A stretch of 64,000 bases of DNA, taken from Escherichia coli. GTDB lineage: Bacteria; Pseudomonadota; Gammaproteobacteria; Enterobacterales; Enterobacteriaceae. The stretch is from NCBI RefSeq assembly GCF_001677475.2, contig NZ_CP015229.1; one strand, 5' to 3'. The notes under the pieces were generated by a model. It searched no databases. It had not been told where the DNA came from and saw only the letters and a list, made by a program, of their open reading frames with translations. The stretch's first letter is position 1. Every line of letters starts with the position of its first letter. Below, in pieces: positions 1 through 14,652 of this stretch. The position numbers were made by a program, and so were the translations under genes.

Positions 1-788
1 TGCGCTTTGAAATAATTCGCCACGCTACCGATCGCATCAACCGGATCCCACAGGTTGATATGCCCGTCGCCGCTGAAATCTACCGCATATTGTTTGTAAG
101 ACGACGGCATAAACTGTCCGTAGCCCATCGCCCCGGCAAAGGAACCTTTCAGATTGAGCGGATCGTCCTGCTCGTCACGCGCCATCAGCAGGAAGGTTTC
201 CAGCTCGCCAGAGAAATACTCCGCGCGGCGTGGGTAGTTAAATGACAGCGTTGCCAGCGCATCGAGGATGCGAGTTTTCCCCATCACGCGCCCCCAGCGG
301 GTTTCAACGCCGATAATCCCGACGATAATTTCCGGCGGTACGCCATACACCTGCCACGCGCGATTCAACGCATCTTCATACTGATTCCAGAAAACCACAC
401 CGTTCTGCACGTTGTCCGGCGTAATAAATTTTTTGCGATAACGCAGCCATGCGCCGTTCGGACCTGATGGCGGTTTCACCGATGTGGTTGGTGCCTGGTT
501 ATCCATCAGCCGCAGTACCGAATCCAGACGTTTCGCCTGGGAGAGAATTTCCTGCAACTGCTGACGATCGAAACCGTGTTTGTTCACCATTTTGTCGATG
601 AACTGCTGGGCATTCGGGTTATTGGCGAAGTCACCGCCCATCTGCATCACATTGTGCTGCGGCTCAAGCAGGAAGCCGCCAGACGGCGTTCCGGTGGTCG
701 TATCAGTCTCAGTAGGTTTTGGCTTGCTGCTACAGGCGGCAAGCAACACAAAAAGGGGAAGCAATGTTACATAACGACGCTTGAACAT
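1..788 (-). CDS. mltB: Membrane-bound lytic murein transglycosylase B, N-terminal part (gene continues past window start)
   Basis: Minus-strand reading from ATG at 786-788 gives MFKRRYVTLLPLFVLLAACSSKP (lipoprotein signal with lipobox). Plus-strand ORFs 60..245 and 576..803 are antisense artefacts. Confidence 0.85.
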   Translation of the reverse strand, partial: MFKRRYVTLLPLFVLLAACSSKPKPTETDTTTGTPSGGFLLEPQHNVMQMGGDFANNPNAQQFIDKMVNKHGFDRQQLQEILSQAKRLDSVLRLMDNQAPTTSVKPPSGPNGAWLRYRKKFITPDNVQNGVVFWNQYEDALNRAWQVYGVPPEIIVGIIGVETRWGRVMGKTRILDALATLSFNYPRRAEYFSGELETFLLMARDEQDDPLNLKGSFAGAMGYGQFMPSSYKQYAVDFSGDGHINLWDPVDAIGSVANYFKA

Positions 789-1025
789 GAGGGGTCCATT
801 TAACAGATTCAACCAGGGGCAAGTATGGTAAAGCATCCCGCCCCGCACAAGGAAGCGGTAGTCACTGCCCGATACGGACTTTACATAACTCAACTCATTC
901 CCCTCGCTATCTTTTTATTTAAACTTTCAAATTAAAATATTTATCTTTCATTTTGCGATCAAAATAACACTTTTAAACCTTTCAATCTGATTATATTAGG
1001 TTGCCATTTGGTAATAAAACAATAA

Positions 1026-2563
<1,538 letters not shown>

Positions 2564-2573
2564 AGGCTGAAAC

Positions 2574-3728
<1,155 letters not shown>

Positions 3729-3734
3729 TCAACA

Positions 3735-3760
3735 GCGGAGATCCCTTAAGGATCTCCGCG
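3735..3760 (+). other. Perfect inverted repeat (stem-loop) downstream of srlD, possible attenuator before gutM
   Basis: gcggagatcc cttaag ggatctccgc read directly; not followed by a T-run. Confidence 0.5.
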
Positions 3761-3774
3761 AGACTAATAGAATG

Positions 3775-3803
3775 CCTGATGCGCTACGCTTCTCAGGCCT
3801 ACA
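3775..3803. repeat. REP (repetitive extragenic palindrome) element
   Basis: gcctgatgcgctacgcttctcaggcctac, typical enterobacterial REP consensus, in the srlD-gutM spacer. Confidence 0.7.
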
Positions 3804-3833
3804 GGACTTCCGCCACTACATTAAGGAGAAGTT

Positions 3834-4193
3834 ATGGTATCCGCACTCATCACCGTCGCCGTTATCGCCTGGTGCGCGCAACTGGCCTTAGGCGGTTGGC
3901 AAATTTCTCGTTTTAACCGTGCCTTCGACACGCTATGTCAGCAAGGGCGGGTTGGCGTGGGCCGTTCCAGCGGGCGCTTTAAACCGCGGGTCGTGGTCGC
4001 CATCGCCCTGGACGATCAGCAACGCATCGTCGACACCTTGTTTATGAAAGGACTGACCGTCTTCGCCCGACCGCAAAAAATTCCCGCAATTACCGGTATG
4101 CATGCGGGTGATTTACAGCCCGATGTGATCTTTCCCCATGATCCACTATCACAGAATGCTCTATCATTGGCGCTTAAACTGAAACGTGGATAA
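3834..4193 (+). CDS. gutM: Glucitol operon activator
   Basis: 119 aa ORF with N-terminal hydrophobic segment, between srlD and srlR. Confidence 0.9.
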   Translation: MVSALITVAVIAWCAQLALGGWQISRFNRAFDTLCQQGRVGVGRSSGRFKPRVVVAIALDDQQRIVDTLFMKGLTVFARPQKIPAITGMHAGDLQPDVIFPHDPLSQNALSLALKLKRG

Positions 4194-4259
4194 TTTCGTT
4201 GTGAATGTTACTTGCTTGCGAAGTTATCATTTTGAAACCTAAATCAGGTAATCACGCCC

Positions 4260-5033
4260 ATGAAACCTCGTCAGCGTCAGGCCGCCATTCTGGAGTATCT
4301 GCAAAAGCAGGGTAAATGCTCGGTTGAAGAATTGGCGCAATACTTTGACACCACAGGCACAACCATTCGCAAAGATCTGGTCATTCTGGAACATGCCGGA
4401 ACCGTCATTCGTACTTATGGCGGAGTGGTGTTGAATAAAGAGGAATCCGATCCGCCTATCGATCATAAAACGCTCATCAACACCCACAAGAAAGAGCTGA
4501 TTGCAGAAGCTGCCGTTAGTTTTATTCATGATGGCGACTCAATAATTCTTGATGCTGGCAGTACCGTTTTGCAGATGGTCCCCCTGCTCTCGCGCTTTAA
4601 TAACATCACAGTGATGACCAACAGCCTGCATATCATCAATGCGCTATCCGAACTGGATAATGAACAAACTATCCTGATGCCAGGCGGAACGTTTCGTAAA
4701 AAATCGGCCTCATTTCACGGGCAGCTGGCAGAGAATGCCTTCGAACATTTCACCTTCGACAAATTGTTTATGGGCACCGACGGCATCGATCTCAATGCGG
4801 GCGTAACCACGTTCAACGAGGTTTATACCGTCAGTAAGGCAATGTGCAATGCCGCGCGCGAAGTGATTTTGATGGCGGACTCATCAAAGTTTGGCCGTAA
4901 AAGCCCCAACGTAGTTTGCAGTCTTGAAAGCGTCGATAAGCTAATTACCGACGCAGGTATCGATCCGGCGTTTCATCAGGCGCTGGAAAAGAAAGGGATC
5001 GATGTGATCATAACCGGAGAGAGCAATGAGTGA
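4260..5033 (+). CDS. srlR: Glucitol operon repressor, DeoR family
   Basis: 257 aa ORF with N-terminal HTH and DeoR C-terminal sugar-phosphate domain. Confidence 0.95.
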   Translation: MKPRQRQAAILEYLQKQGKCSVEELAQYFDTTGTTIRKDLVILEHAGTVIRTYGGVVLNKEESDPPIDHKTLINTHKKELIAEAAVSFIHDGDSIILDAGSTVLQMVPLLSRFNNITVMTNSLHIINALSELDNEQTILMPGGTFRKKSASFHGQLAENAFEHFTFDKLFMGTDGIDLNAGVTTFNEVYTVSKAMCNAAREVILMADSSKFGRKSPNVVCSLESVDKLITDAGIDPAFHQALEKKGIDVIITGESNE

Positions 5034-5991
5034 AGCACTACTGAACGCGGGACGTCAGACGTTAATACTGGAGTTGCAGGAAGCAAGCCGTTTACCGGAA
5101 CGTCTGGGCGATGATTTTGTTCGCGCCGCCAATATCATCCTGCACTGCGAAGGCAAAGTGGTGGTTTCGGGAATTGGCAAATCGGGCCACATTGGTAAGA
5201 AAATCGCCGCAACGCTTGCCAGTACCGGCACACCGGCTTTTTTTGTCCATCCCGCAGAAGCACTGCACGGCGATCTGGGGATGATTGAAAGCCGCGATGT
5301 GATGCTGTTTATCTCTTACTCCGGTGGTGCGAAGGAACTGGATCTGATTATTCCGCGTCTGGAAGACAAATCTATCGCGCTGCTGGCGATGACCGGCAAA
5401 CCGACGTCACCGCTGGGCCTGGCGGCAAAAGCGGTGCTGGATATCTCCGTAGAACGCGAAGCCTGTCCGATGCACCTTGCGCCGACCTCCAGCACCGTCA
5501 ATACCCTGATGATGGGTGACGCGCTGGCGATGGCGGTCATGCAGGCACGCGGATTTAATGAAGAAGATTTTGCCCGCTCCCACCCAGCTGGGGCACTGGG
5601 CGCTCGCTTGCTGAATAAAGTGCATCATCTGATGCGCCGTGATGACGCTATCCCACAGGTAGCATTAACCGCTAGCGTGATGGACGCGATGCTGGAACTC
5701 AGCCGCACCGGTTTAGGTCTGGTGGCAGTGTGCGATGATCAACGACTGGTGAAAGGCGTCTTTACTGACGGCGATTTACGTCGCTGGCTGGTTGGCGGCG
5801 GCGCACTCACCACGCCAGTTAATGAAGCGATGACGACAGGCGGCACCACATTACAGGCGCAAAGTCGCGCCATCGACGCTAAAGAGATCCTGATGAAGCG
5901 CAAAATCACTGCCGCACCGGTGGTGGATGAAAACGGCAAACTCACCGGCGCAATTAACCTGCAGGATTTCTATCAGGCCGGGATTATTTAA
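5026..5991 (+). CDS. gutQ: D-arabinose 5-phosphate isomerase (SIS + tandem CBS domains)
   Basis: 321 aa ORF with SIS motif [15 protein letters not shown] and C-terminal CBS pair; overlaps srlR stop. Confidence 0.95.
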   Translation: MSEALLNAGRQTLILELQEASRLPERLGDDFVRAANIILHCEGKVVVSGIGKSGHIGKKIAATLASTGTPAFFVHPAEALHGDLGMIESRDVMLFISYSGGAKELDLIIPRLEDKSIALLAMTGKPTSPLGLAAKAVLDISVEREACPMHLAPTSSTVNTLMMGDALAMAVMQARGFNEEDFARSHPAGALGARLLNKVHHLMRRDDAIPQVALTASVMDAMLELSRTGLGLVAVCDDQRLVKGVFTDGDLRRWLVGGGALTTPVNEAMTTGGTTLQAQSRAIDAKEILMKRKITAAPVVDENGKLTGAINLQDFYQAGII

Positions 5992-7502
5992 TCCTTCAAT
6001 CCCAGACGTTTCGCCAGCCGATGCAGGTTGGCGACGTCGGTTTCCAGCATCCGCGCGCAGGCGGCCCAGTTGTGATGATTTTGTGCCAGTGCCTGGCGAA
6101 TAGTTTCACGCTGGAACGCTTCTGTCGCTTCACGCAGATTTTGCTTAATAACGGGCACCGCCGCCGCTTCTGGCGTCGGCAACGTCACCTCAGGAAAAGC
6201 AAAATGTTGCGCCTCAAGAATCACTTCATCGCCGCTGCGGGTGGCTCTCGACAGTACTACCGCCCGATGAATAGCATGTTCCAGTTCACGCACGTTTCCC
6301 GGAAAACTGTAGTGTTGCAGTAAATTTCGCGCTCCGGAACTTAACACTACGCGGGAGAGCCCCAGCCGCAAACGGCACTGCTCACAGAAATACCCCGCCA
6401 GAAGAGTGACGTCATCGCCCCGCTCACGCAGCGGCGGCACCGAAAGCGGAAACACGCTCAGGCGATGGAACAAATCGGCGCGGAATCGCCCTGCCAGCAC
6501 CTCTTCACGCAAGTCGCGGTTAGTCGCCGCCAGCACGCGCACATCGACCCGCAAACTGCGGTCATCGCCAACGCGCTGAATATCGCCATACTGCAACACC
6601 CGCAGCAGCTTGGCCTGCAATGCCAACGACAACTCGCCGATCTCATCGAGAAACAGCGTGCCGTTATCCGCCATTTCAAACTTCCCGCTGCGGTTACTGA
6701 TAGCGCCAGTAAACGCTCCTTTCACATGCCCGAACAATTCACTTTCCGCCACACTTTCCGGCAGTGCGGCACAGTTGAGATAGACCAGCGGATTCACCGC
6801 CCGTGGCGAGGCTTCATGAATCGCTTTCGCCACCAGCTCCTTACCGGTTCCCGTCTCACCGCTGATTAAGACGTTGAGATCGGACGCCGCCACAATCTCA
6901 ATCTCTTTTTTTAATTGCGTCATACCTGGCGACAGACCGATCATCTGCGTCTGTTTCACCGCTTCAAACGGCGCGGCATCGCCCGGCAGCATATTCTGGC
7001 TTTCCAGTTGCTCAATCAGCAACGCATTGCTTAACGCTCCCGCCGCCAGCGCGGCAATCAGGCGTAACTCTTCGTCGCTGAAAACATCGAACTGATCGGG
7101 CTGCATCCCGTCGAGCGTCAGTGCGCCGATCAGGTTTTGCCCGGCAAACAACGGCAGACCAACGCAGGCGTGAACCTTCAGTCTCTCCTGCCCGGGAATC
7201 AAACCGTCATAGGGATCGGGCAATTCGCTGTCTGCGGGAAAGCGCACCACGTCCCCAGCGCGGGCAATCGCTTCCAGCCGAGGATGCCCTTCCAGCGCAA
7301 AGCGTCTACCGAGTACATCCTTCGCCAGCCCGTCGATGGCAAGCGGAATAAACTGCCGCGAGTCGTAACGTAGCAACGCAGACGCATCGCACTCCAGCAC
7401 CTGACGCAGCGTGGTGATCAGGCGCTGAAAACGATCCTGATGACCAATCCCACGCTGCAATTCGATGGCGATATTCGCCAGCACATCAACGGAAAAACTC
7501 AT
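5988..7502 (-). CDS. norR: Anaerobic nitric oxide reductase transcriptional activator, sigma54-dependent (GAF-AAA+-HTH)
   Basis: 504 aa ORF with Walker [15 protein letters not shown] motif and C-terminal HTH; divergent from norVW; its 3-prime end overlaps gutQ by 4 nt in convergent orientation. Confidence 0.95.
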   Translation of the reverse strand: MSFSVDVLANIAIELQRGIGHQDRFQRLITTLRQVLECDASALLRYDSRQFIPLAIDGLAKDVLGRRFALEGHPRLEAIARAGDVVRFPADSELPDPYDGLIPGQERLKVHACVGLPLFAGQNLIGALTLDGMQPDQFDVFSDEELRLIAALAAGALSNALLIEQLESQNMLPGDAAPFEAVKQTQMIGLSPGMTQLKKEIEIVAASDLNVLISGETGTGKELVAKAIHEASPRAVNPLVYLNCAALPESVAESELFGHVKGAFTGAISNRSGKFEMADNGTLFLDEIGELSLALQAKLLRVLQYGDIQRVGDDRSLRVDVRVLAATNRDLREEVLAGRFRADLFHRLSVFPLSVPPLRERGDDVTLLAGYFCEQCRLRLGLSRVVLSSGARNLLQHYSFPGNVRELEHAIHRAVVLSRATRSGDEVILEAQHFAFPEVTLPTPEAAAVPVIKQNLREATEAFQRETIRQALAQNHHNWAACARMLETDVANLHRLAKRLGLKD

Positions 7503-7514
7503 CTTTGCCTCACT

Positions 7515-7570
7515 GTCAATTTGACTATTGATATTGTCATATTGACCATTTTATTGATAGTCATTTTGAC
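7515..7570. promoter_or_regulatory. Three NorR enhancer sites of GT-N7-AC type
   Basis: gtcaatttgac (7515-7525), gtcatattgac (7537-7547), gtcattttgac (7560-7570) read directly; matches the known NorR site architecture upstream of norV. Confidence 0.85.
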
Positions 7571-7625
7571 TACTCACTAATGAGCATAAATTAATTTATA
7601 CATTAAAAACAATCAGATAAAAAAC

Positions 7626-7640
7626 TGGCACGCAATCTGC
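7626..7640 (+). promoter_or_regulatory. Sigma54 (-24/-12) promoter of norVW
   Basis: TGGCAC-gcaat-CTGC about 50 nt upstream of norV ATG, downstream of the NorR sites. Confidence 0.8.
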
Positions 7641-7688
7641 AATTAACAAGACATCTTTTTAGAACACGCTGAATAAATTGAGGTTGCT

Positions 7689-9128
7689 ATGTCTATTGTG
7701 GTGAAAAATAACATTCATTGGGTGGGTCAACGTGACTGGGAAGTACGTGATTTTCACGGCACGGAATATAAAACGCTGCGCGGCAGCAGCTACAACAGCT
7801 ACCTCATCCGCGAAGAAAAAAACGTGCTGATCGACACCGTCGACCATAAATTCAGCCGCGAATTTGTGCAGAACCTGCGTAATGAAATCGATCTGGCGGA
7901 TATCGATTACATCGTGATTAACCATGCAGAAGAGGACCACGCCGGGGCGCTGACTGAACTGATGGCGCAAATTCCCGATACGCCGATCTACTGTACAGCC
8001 AACGCTATCGACTCGATAAATGGTCATCACCATCATCCGGAGTGGAATTTTAATGTGGTGAAAACTGGCGACACGCTGGATATCGGCAACGGCAAACAGC
8101 TCATTTTTGTCGAAACACCAATGCTGCACTGGCCGGACAGCATGATGACTTACCTGACAGGCGACGCGGTGCTGTTCAGTAACGATGCTTTCGGTCAGCA
8201 CTACTGCGACGAGCATCTGTTCAACGATGAAGTGGATCAGACCGAGCTTTTCGAGCAGTGCCAGCGTTACTACGCCAATATCCTGACGCCGTTCAGCCGC
8301 CTGGTAACGCCGAAAATTACCGAGATCCTGGGCTTTAACTTGCCAGTCGATATGATAGCGACCTCTCACGGCGTGGTATGGCGCGATAACCCGACGCAAA
8401 TTGTCGAGCTGTACCTGAAATGGGCGGCGGATTATCAGGAAGACAGAATCACCATTTTCTACGACACCATGTCGAATAATACCCGCATGATGGCTGACGC
8501 TATCGCCCAGGGGATCGCGGAAACCGACCCGCGCGTAGCGGTGAAAATTTTCAACGTCGCCCGAAGCGATAAAAACGAAATCCTGACCAATGTCTTCCGC
8601 TCAAAAGGCGTGCTGGTCGGCACTTCGACGATGAATAACGTGATGATGCCGAAAATCGCCGGGCTGGTGGAGGAGATGACCGGATTGCGCTTTCGTAATA
8701 AACGCGCCAGTGCTTTCGGCTCTCACGGCTGGAGCGGCGGTGCGGTGGATCGTCTTTCCACTCGCCTGCAGGATGCAGGTTTCGAAATGTCGCTTAGCCT
8801 GAAAGCCAAATGGCGACCGGATCAGGACGCTCTGGAGTTATGCCGTGAACACGGTCGTGAAATTGCCCGTCAATGGGCGCTTTCGCCGCTGCCGCAGAAC
8901 ACGGTGAATACGGTGGTTAAAGAAGAAACCTGTGCCACCACGACGGCTGACCTCGGCCCACGGATGCAATGCAGCGTCTGCCAGTGGATTTACGATCCGG
9001 CAAAAGGCGAGCCAATGCAGGACGTTGCGCCAGGAACGCCGTGGAGTGAAGTCCCGGATAACTTCCTGTGCCCGGAATGTTCACTCGGCAAAGACGTCTT
9101 TGACGAACTGGCATCGGAGGCAAAATGA
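7689..9128 (+). CDS. norV: Anaerobic nitric oxide reductase flavorubredoxin
   Basis: 479 aa ORF with metallo-beta-lactamase-like HxExDH motif, flavodoxin region and C-terminal rubredoxin CxxC...CxxC. Confidence 0.95.
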   Translation: MSIVVKNNIHWVGQRDWEVRDFHGTEYKTLRGSSYNSYLIREEKNVLIDTVDHKFSREFVQNLRNEIDLADIDYIVINHAEEDHAGALTELMAQIPDTPIYCTANAIDSINGHHHHPEWNFNVVKTGDTLDIGNGKQLIFVETPMLHWPDSMMTYLTGDAVLFSNDAFGQHYCDEHLFNDEVDQTELFEQCQRYYANILTPFSRLVTPKITEILGFNLPVDMIATSHGVVWRDNPTQIVELYLKWAADYQEDRITIFYDTMSNNTRMMADAIAQGIAETDPRVAVKIFNVARSDKNEILTNVFRSKGVLVGTSTMNNVMMPKIAGLVEEMTGLRFRNKRASAFGSHGWSGGAVDRLSTRLQDAGFEMSLSLKAKWRPDQDALELCREHGREIARQWALSPLPQNTVNTVVKEETCATTTADLGPRMQCSVCQWIYDPAKGEPMQDVAPGTPWSEVPDNFLCPECSLGKDVFDELASEAK

Positions 9129-10258
9129 GCAACGGCATTGTGATCATTGGTTCGGGCTTCGCCGCCCGCCAACTGGTGAAAAATATTCGCAAACAGGACG
9201 CCAGTATTCCATTAACCCTGATTGCCGCCGACAGCATGGATGAGTACAACAAACCTGACCTCAGCCATGTGATCAGTCAGGGGCAACGTGCCGACGACCT
9301 TACCCGCCAGACGGCAGGTGAATTTGCCGAGCAGTTTAATCTGCGCCTGTTTCCGCACACCTGGGTGACGGATATCGATGCCGAAGCCCATGTGGTGAAA
9401 AGTCAGAATAATCAGTGGCAATACGACAAGTTAGTGCTGGCAACCGGTGCCAGCGCCTTTGTCCCGCCAGTGCCCGGGCGTGAGTTAATGCTGACGTTAA
9501 ATAGTCAGCAAGAGTATCGCGCCTGTGAAACGCAACTGCGGGATGCCCGACGCGTGTTGATTGTCGGCGGTGGTTTGATTGGTAGCGAACTGGCGATGGA
9601 TTTTTGTCGTGCAGGCAAAGCGGTCACGCTAATCGACAACGCTGCCAGTATTCTGGCATCGTTAATGCCACCGGAAGTAAGCAGCCGCTTGCAGCATCGG
9701 TTGACGGAGATGGGCGTTCATCTGCTGTTGAAATCTCAGTTGCAGGGGCTGGAAAAAACGGATTCTGGCATTCGGGCAACGCTGGATCGCCAACGCAGCA
9801 TCGAAGTGGACGCGGTAATTGCCACAACCGGACTGCGCCCGGAAACCGCCCTGGCACGACGCGCCGGGCTGACGATTAATCGCGGCGTTTGCGTCGATAG
9901 TTATCTGCAAACCAGTAATGCCGATATTTATGCGCTGGGCGATTGCGCAGAAATTAACGGTCAGGTACTGCCGTTCCTCCAGCCGATTCAACTTAGCGCG
10001 ATGGTGCTGGCAAAAAATCTTCTCGGCAATAACACGCCGCTGAAACTACCGGCGATGCTGGTGAAAATCAAAACGCCGGAATTACCGCTGCATCTGGCAG
10101 GCGAAACCCAGCGTCAGGATTTACGCTGGCAGATTAATACCGAACGCCAGGGAATGGTGGCGCGCGGCGTTGACGATGCTGACCAGCTTCGCGCCTTTGT
10201 GGTCAGTGAGGATCGGATGAAAGAGGCATTTGGATTGTTGAAAACGTTGCCGATGTAG
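9125..10258 (+). CDS. norW: NADH:flavorubredoxin oxidoreductase
   Basis: 377 aa ORF with two GxGxxG/A dinucleotide folds ([16 protein letters not shown]); start overlaps norV stop. Confidence 0.95.
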   Translation: MSNGIVIIGSGFAARQLVKNIRKQDASIPLTLIAADSMDEYNKPDLSHVISQGQRADDLTRQTAGEFAEQFNLRLFPHTWVTDIDAEAHVVKSQNNQWQYDKLVLATGASAFVPPVPGRELMLTLNSQQEYRACETQLRDARRVLIVGGGLIGSELAMDFCRAGKAVTLIDNAASILASLMPPEVSSRLQHRLTEMGVHLLLKSQLQGLEKTDSGIRATLDRQRSIEVDAVIATTGLRPETALARRAGLTINRGVCVDSYLQTSNADIYALGDCAEINGQVLPFLQPIQLSAMVLAKNLLGNNTPLKLPAMLVKIKTPELPLHLAGETQRQDLRWQINTERQGMVARGVDDADQLRAFVVSEDRMKEAFGLLKTLPM

Positions 10259-10281
10259 GCGGGCTACTGTACCTAAAATGT

Positions 10282-10364
<83 letters not shown>

Positions 10365-10386
10365 TGGTGTCCAAATGCAGCACGTT

Positions 10387-12639
10387 TTATCCGTTCTGGA
10401 CTTCCCCTGCCAACCAACGCGCCGCAGCAATAACCCCCTGCCCCAGAGACAAACCGCCATCACCTGCCGGTAAACTCTGTGGAAAGAGCAATGTGAAATC
10501 AGCGAGATAATGCGCCAGACGTGCACGCAGCAAACGGTTATGAATAACCCCGCCGCTAAATACCAGCGTAGTGATACCGTGCATCGTGGCCTGCTCACGC
10601 ATCAATGCGGCAAAACCCTGCGCCAGCGTATCATGAAACGCCCACGCGCGTTGATTAACCGGTGCCTGCCAGTTCAGCCACTGCTGCCAGAAGGTGGCGA
10701 GATCCAGTTGATTGTCCACCAGCGGCATCGTCACCGGATGCGTCACTCCGTGGCACGAAGCTGCGAGCGCCTCCAGAGCACAAGCCGCTTCACCTTCATA
10801 ACTTAACGTGGCTGGCGCACAACCCAGTGCCGCCGCCACAGCATCGAACAAACGCCCACACGATGACGCCAGCGGCGCGTTAATTCCACGCTCAATGGCC
10901 CGCGCCAGCACGCTCCAGTTTTGCTGTTGCACACTTGCCGTTTCAGGGTAATTCTGCCACTGCGGCACAAAGCGCAGGCACTGCGCCAGCAGGTTACGCC
11001 ACGGCTGCTTTGCAGCCAAATCGCCCCCCGGAAGCGCCACCGCAGGCAAGCCGCCCAGGTGCTCACATTCGCGATAGTTCACCCGCAGGCACTCGCCGCC
11101 CCACAAAGCGCCGTTCTCCCCCATACCGATACCGTCGAGCGTCAACGCAATGACATCACCGCCATCCAGCGGCCAGTGATGTTCTGCCAGACACGCCGCT
11201 GCGTGGGCATGATGATGAAGCACCGTTTGCGTCGGCAGATTCATTTCGCTCGCCCACTGGCTGGAGACATAGCCCGGATGCACGTCATGCACAACGTATT
11301 GCGGGGTAAAATCGTAGATGTTTTGCATCAGGCGTAACGCTTCGCGCCACTGCATCTGGATGCCATCGTCACTTAAATCGCCCAGATGCTGACTCAACAC
11401 CGCTTGCTCACCGCGCACCAGGCAGAAGGTATTTTTCAGATCCGCGCCGAGACACAGCACAGGCGGAACATTTTTAAAGCCCGGAGGCAAAGCCAGCGCA
11501 TCCGGCACATACCCCCGCGAACGGCGCAGCATTTCGCCGCTTTCGCGCACCACCGAATCATCCATCCGCTGCACGATGTCGCGGTTATGTATCAAGAATC
11601 CGTCGGCAATGCCCTGCAAATCCGCCAGCGCCTGTTCGTTGCTGATAGCTGGTGGTTTACCGCTCAGGTTGCCGGAGGTCATCACCAGCGGGCATTGCAG
11701 TTCCTGTAACAGCAAATGCTGGAGCGGGTTCGCAGGCAACATTACCCCGACTTCGTTAAGGCCAGGGGCGATATCATCACAAAGCTCAGGTACATATTTT
11801 TTATCCACCAGCACAATCGGCGCGGCGGGCGTGGTAAGCAACTGGCGCGCAGCGTCTGGTAAACCGTCAGCCACTGGCAACATGACCGCCAGCGGTTTCG
11901 CCGGGCGATGTTTGCGCGCCCGAAGTGTCGCCACCGCGTTACTGTTACGTGCATCGCAGGCAAGATGAAATCCGCCAATCCCTTTGATGGCGACAATGTT
12001 GCCCATTTTTAACTGTGCGATAGCTGCCTGTAATGCCGCCTCTTGTTCCGCATGTTCATCATGACTTACCCATTCAAGATGGGGGCCACACTCCGGGCAG
12101 GCCACCGGCTGGGCGTGGAAGCGACGATCGAGCGGGTCACAGTACTCTTTGTCACAAGCCGGACACAGCGGAAACGCCGCCATCACGGTAAACGGGCGAT
12201 CGTAAGGCATGGCGCGAATAATGGTGAAACGCGGGCCACAGTGGGTACAGTTGATAAACGGATAACGCCAGCGTCGTTCGCCTGGGGTATTCATTTCGGC
12301 AAGGCAAGCAGGGCAAGTCGCGGCATCGGGAACAATTTGCGTATTCATGACGCCACCCGCGCTCTGGCGGATGGTGAACTCAGTGGGCAGTTGTGACCAG
12401 ATAAACGGCTCACGCTCGACGCTATCAATACGCGCCAGTGGCGGGCAGTGCTGATGCAATTGAACAAGAAACGCTTCCGGATCTTCCAGCAGCCGGACTT
12501 CTACGCCATCGCCGTCATTACAGACATCGCCGTGAAGATTTAATTGCTGTGCCAGTTGCCAGACAAACGGACGAAAACCGACGCCCTGCACTTTGCCACG
12601 AATACGCAGTTGGACACCGCAAGATGTGTTTTTTGCCAT
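10387..12639 (-). CDS. hypF: [NiFe]-hydrogenase maturation carbamoyltransferase HypF
   Basis: Start set to ATG at 12637-12639 ([24 protein letters not shown], acylphosphatase domain) giving 750 aa; zinc-finger CxxC pairs and YrdC/Kae1-like domains follow. The track start at 12711 is an upstream extension. Confidence 0.92.
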   Translation of the reverse strand: MAKNTSCGVQLRIRGKVQGVGFRPFVWQLAQQLNLHGDVCNDGDGVEVRLLEDPEAFLVQLHQHCPPLARIDSVEREPFIWSQLPTEFTIRQSAGGVMNTQIVPDAATCPACLAEMNTPGERRWRYPFINCTHCGPRFTIIRAMPYDRPFTVMAAFPLCPACDKEYCDPLDRRFHAQPVACPECGPHLEWVSHDEHAEQEAALQAAIAQLKMGNIVAIKGIGGFHLACDARNSNAVATLRARKHRPAKPLAVMLPVADGLPDAARQLLTTPAAPIVLVDKKYVPELCDDIAPGLNEVGVMLPANPLQHLLLQELQCPLVMTSGNLSGKPPAISNEQALADLQGIADGFLIHNRDIVQRMDDSVVRESGEMLRRSRGYVPDALALPPGFKNVPPVLCLGADLKNTFCLVRGEQAVLSQHLGDLSDDGIQMQWREALRLMQNIYDFTPQYVVHDVHPGYVSSQWASEMNLPTQTVLHHHAHAAACLAEHHWPLDGGDVIALTLDGIGMGENGALWGGECLRVNYRECEHLGGLPAVALPGGDLAAKQPWRNLLAQCLRFVPQWQNYPETASVQQQNWSVLARAIERGINAPLASSCGRLFDAVAAALGCAPATLSYEGEAACALEALAASCHGVTHPVTMPLVDNQLDLATFWQQWLNWQAPVNQRAWAFHDTLAQGFAALMREQATMHGITTLVFSGGVIHNRLLRARLAHYLADFTLLFPQSLPAGDGGLSLGQGVIAAARWLAGEVQNG

Positions 12640-12791
12640 TAAGTTATTCCCGCCATCATGAATTGCGTAACCCGCCCAGCCGGACACGACAGCGTCGCAT
12701 CCGGCAGTCACAGGTCGGCGATACCGCCCGCTTCGTATTCTACGAATATTTCCGGGAATTCCTTTGATGCCAGAACAGTTCTGTAAGATTT

Positions 12792-13319
12792 TTAGAACAT
12801 CAGCGCCGTACGGCGACGTTTTTCTGCGCTCAGTTGTTCAAGTTTATTACGATCGACACAAATCAGCGCATGAGTCGGGCAAGCCGCCATACACGCCGGG
12901 CCGTCTTCACGATGGTTGCACAGGTCGCATTTATTGGCTTCGGCTTTGTCAGCTCGTACGTTAAGTCCTGCGCCGCTGTTGCGAATCACCGGACGTACCA
13001 CCACTTCCATCGCGCCATACGGGCAAGCCACAACGCAGGTTTTGCAACCAATACAACGTTCCTGCATCACATGAACAAACCCTTTATCACGACTGATAGC
13101 ACCATTCGGGCAGACGTTAGCGCACGGTGCATCTTCACACTGACGGCAAACTGTCGCCGTGGAAATGTTCACACCTTTAATGACATGGATTCGCGGTAAA
13201 AAAGTTTCCGGGGTCAGCGATGCACAGTCCTGATTCTCCTGATGAGAAACCACGCACGCCACTTCACAGGTACGGCAACCAATACATTTACTCGCGTCAG
13301 CAATGATGAAACGGTTCAT
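12792..13319 (-). CDS. hydN: Formate-regulon electron-transfer ferredoxin-like protein (4x[4Fe-4S])
   Basis: ATG at 13317-13319 ([22 protein letters not shown]) preceded by GGAG; 175 aa with four CxxCxxCxxxCP-type motifs. The track's 5-codon extension could not be reproduced from the printed bases. Confidence 0.9.
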   Translation of the reverse strand: MNRFIIADASKCIGCRTCEVACVVSHQENQDCASLTPETFLPRIHVIKGVNISTATVCRQCEDAPCANVCPNGAISRDKGFVHVMQERCIGCKTCVVACPYGAMEVVVRPVIRNSGAGLNVRADKAEANKCDLCNHREDGPACMAACPTHALICVDRNKLEQLSAEKRRRTALMF

Positions 13320-13423
13320 CAAATTCTCCAGCAATAACAGTTAATGCGCCGATACATTCACAAATCATGCCAGTTTTTAATACACTGTTATTTAAGGAAA
13401 TTAATTTCTGTAATGCAGGAAAA

Positions 13424-13460
13424 ATGATGTCATCGACACTAGTGACGATGACATGTGATG
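13424..13460. promoter_or_regulatory. FhlA-UAS-like motif upstream of hydN-hypF
   Basis: aatgatgtcatcgacactagtgacgatgacatgtgatgaca shares the TGTCAT...TCGACA core with the two hyc/hyp UAS copies in this window. Confidence 0.5.
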
Positions 13461-13467
13461 ACAATTT

Positions 13468-14481
13468 TTATCGCGAAAGAGCAATGAGTGAGTCGCGGCG
13501 GATCAGTTTTCCGCTGAAGGTTTTCGGCGGTGAGAAATCCCCGCCATCGAGCATAAAAATCAGCCGTCCAATAATTTCCTGAATCATCTCAGTCACCGGA
13601 ATTTTTACGCTGGAGAGCGCCGGAACGATATAGGGGGCAATGGCGATATCATCGAATCCGATAACTGACACCTGCTCTGGCACCGCTACGCCGCGCTCGT
13701 GTAACGCTTTCATCGCACCTATCGCCATATCGTCGTTACTGGCAACTAACGCGCTAAATTTAGCCCCACGTTCGAGCAACGTTTCTACCCCTTCGGCACC
13801 GCTGGCGGGCGTCCATTTACCGTTAGCGATAAGTTTTTCATTGAACGCAATACCATGCTGCGCCAGCGCGTCTTTATATCCGGCAAGACGTTCAATGCTG
13901 GTGGGGGAATCCATCGAGCCGGTAAGGAAAGCAATCTCCTGATGTCCGGCGTTTATCAACTCTGCCACGGCGTTAAAGCTGGTCTGTTTATGATCGCACC
14001 AGACGCTATGGCTGCTGTTTTTGCGCAGGCGGCGATTAAGCACCATTATCGGCTGACTGTGTGCGTCAATGATGTCATCAATCTCATCCACGCTTAAAAA
14101 ACGCGGGTAAATCATAATGGCGTCGCAGCGCAAATCCAGCAGATACTGAATCGCCTGGCGCTCTTCTTCGGCGCTATGTTTACCATCTGCCAATAGCAAC
14201 TGTCGCCCTTTCTCTTCCGCCATTCGCGCGGCATGAAACAGTAATTCACTAAAATAAATGCCGTGGTAAAGCGTGTTGGTCACTACCAGCCCCAGCGTCT
14301 GAGTACTCTTCGCCGACAGATTGCGCGCCAGCAAATTTGGGCGGTAACCGCTCTCTTCTACCGCCTGAAACACGCGATCTTTCGTCTCCTGGCTGACGTA
14401 GCCATTACCTGAAAGCACGCGGGAAACGGTCGCTTTTGAAACCCCGGCGCGCTTCGCCACTTCCAGCATCGTCGTCATCAT
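13468..14481 (-). CDS. ascG: asc operon repressor, LacI/GalR family
   Basis: ORF with N-terminal HTH MLEVAKRAGVSKATVSRVL and periplasmic-binding-protein-like core. Start chosen at the MMTTML methionine (ATG 14479-14481); the adjacent ATG at 14478 is equally possible. Confidence 0.88.
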   Translation of the reverse strand: MMTTMLEVAKRAGVSKATVSRVLSGNGYVSQETKDRVFQAVEESGYRPNLLARNLSAKSTQTLGLVVTNTLYHGIYFSELLFHAARMAEEKGRQLLLADGKHSAEEERQAIQYLLDLRCDAIMIYPRFLSVDEIDDIIDAHSQPIMVLNRRLRKNSSHSVWCDHKQTSFNAVAELINAGHQEIAFLTGSMDSPTSIERLAGYKDALAQHGIAFNEKLIANGKWTPASGAEGVETLLERGAKFSALVASNDDMAIGAMKALHERGVAVPEQVSVIGFDDIAIAPYIVPALSSVKIPVTEMIQEIIGRLIFMLDGGDFSPPKTFSGKLIRRDSLIALSR

Positions 14482-14564
14482 TTTCATCCCTTTACACGCA
14501 ATCAACGCAGTGTACTGCACCGTTTGCCGATTGTCCTTGCGCAATCGGCGGGAAAAATATTCAG

Positions 14565-14578
14565 GTGACCGGTTTCAC
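14565..14578. promoter_or_regulatory. Candidate AscG operator (near-palindrome gtgaccggtttcac)
   Basis: Read directly in the ascG/ascF divergent region; LacI-family operator-like half-site symmetry. Confidence 0.5.
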
Positions 14579-14640
14579 AAATATAAAAAATGAACAATTA
14601 ACTCTCTTGCTTATTCAGTGACAACTATTCATGATTTTGT

Positions 14641-14652
14641 GAAACCGGTTTC
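14641..14652. promoter_or_regulatory. Candidate AscG operator (perfect palindrome gaaaccggtttc)
   Basis: 12 bp perfect palindrome sharing the core of the site at 14565-14578. Confidence 0.55.

Noticed and set aside
12640-12711. N-terminal extensions proposed by the ORF track for hypF, hydN, ascG, ascB, hycE, hypA, hypC, fhlA, rpoS, surE, cas6e, cse1 and the Mop gene
   Set aside because: The track takes the longest frame, including GTG/TTG starts; internal ATG codons with ribosome-binding sites and conserved protein N-termini were preferred. For hydN the extension did not match my reading of the printed bases.
13367-13582. 71 aa plus-strand ORF spanning the hydN-ascG spacer
   Set aside because: It runs into the antisense of the ascG 3-prime end, has no domain signature, and the region is better explained as the hydN promoter/UAS.
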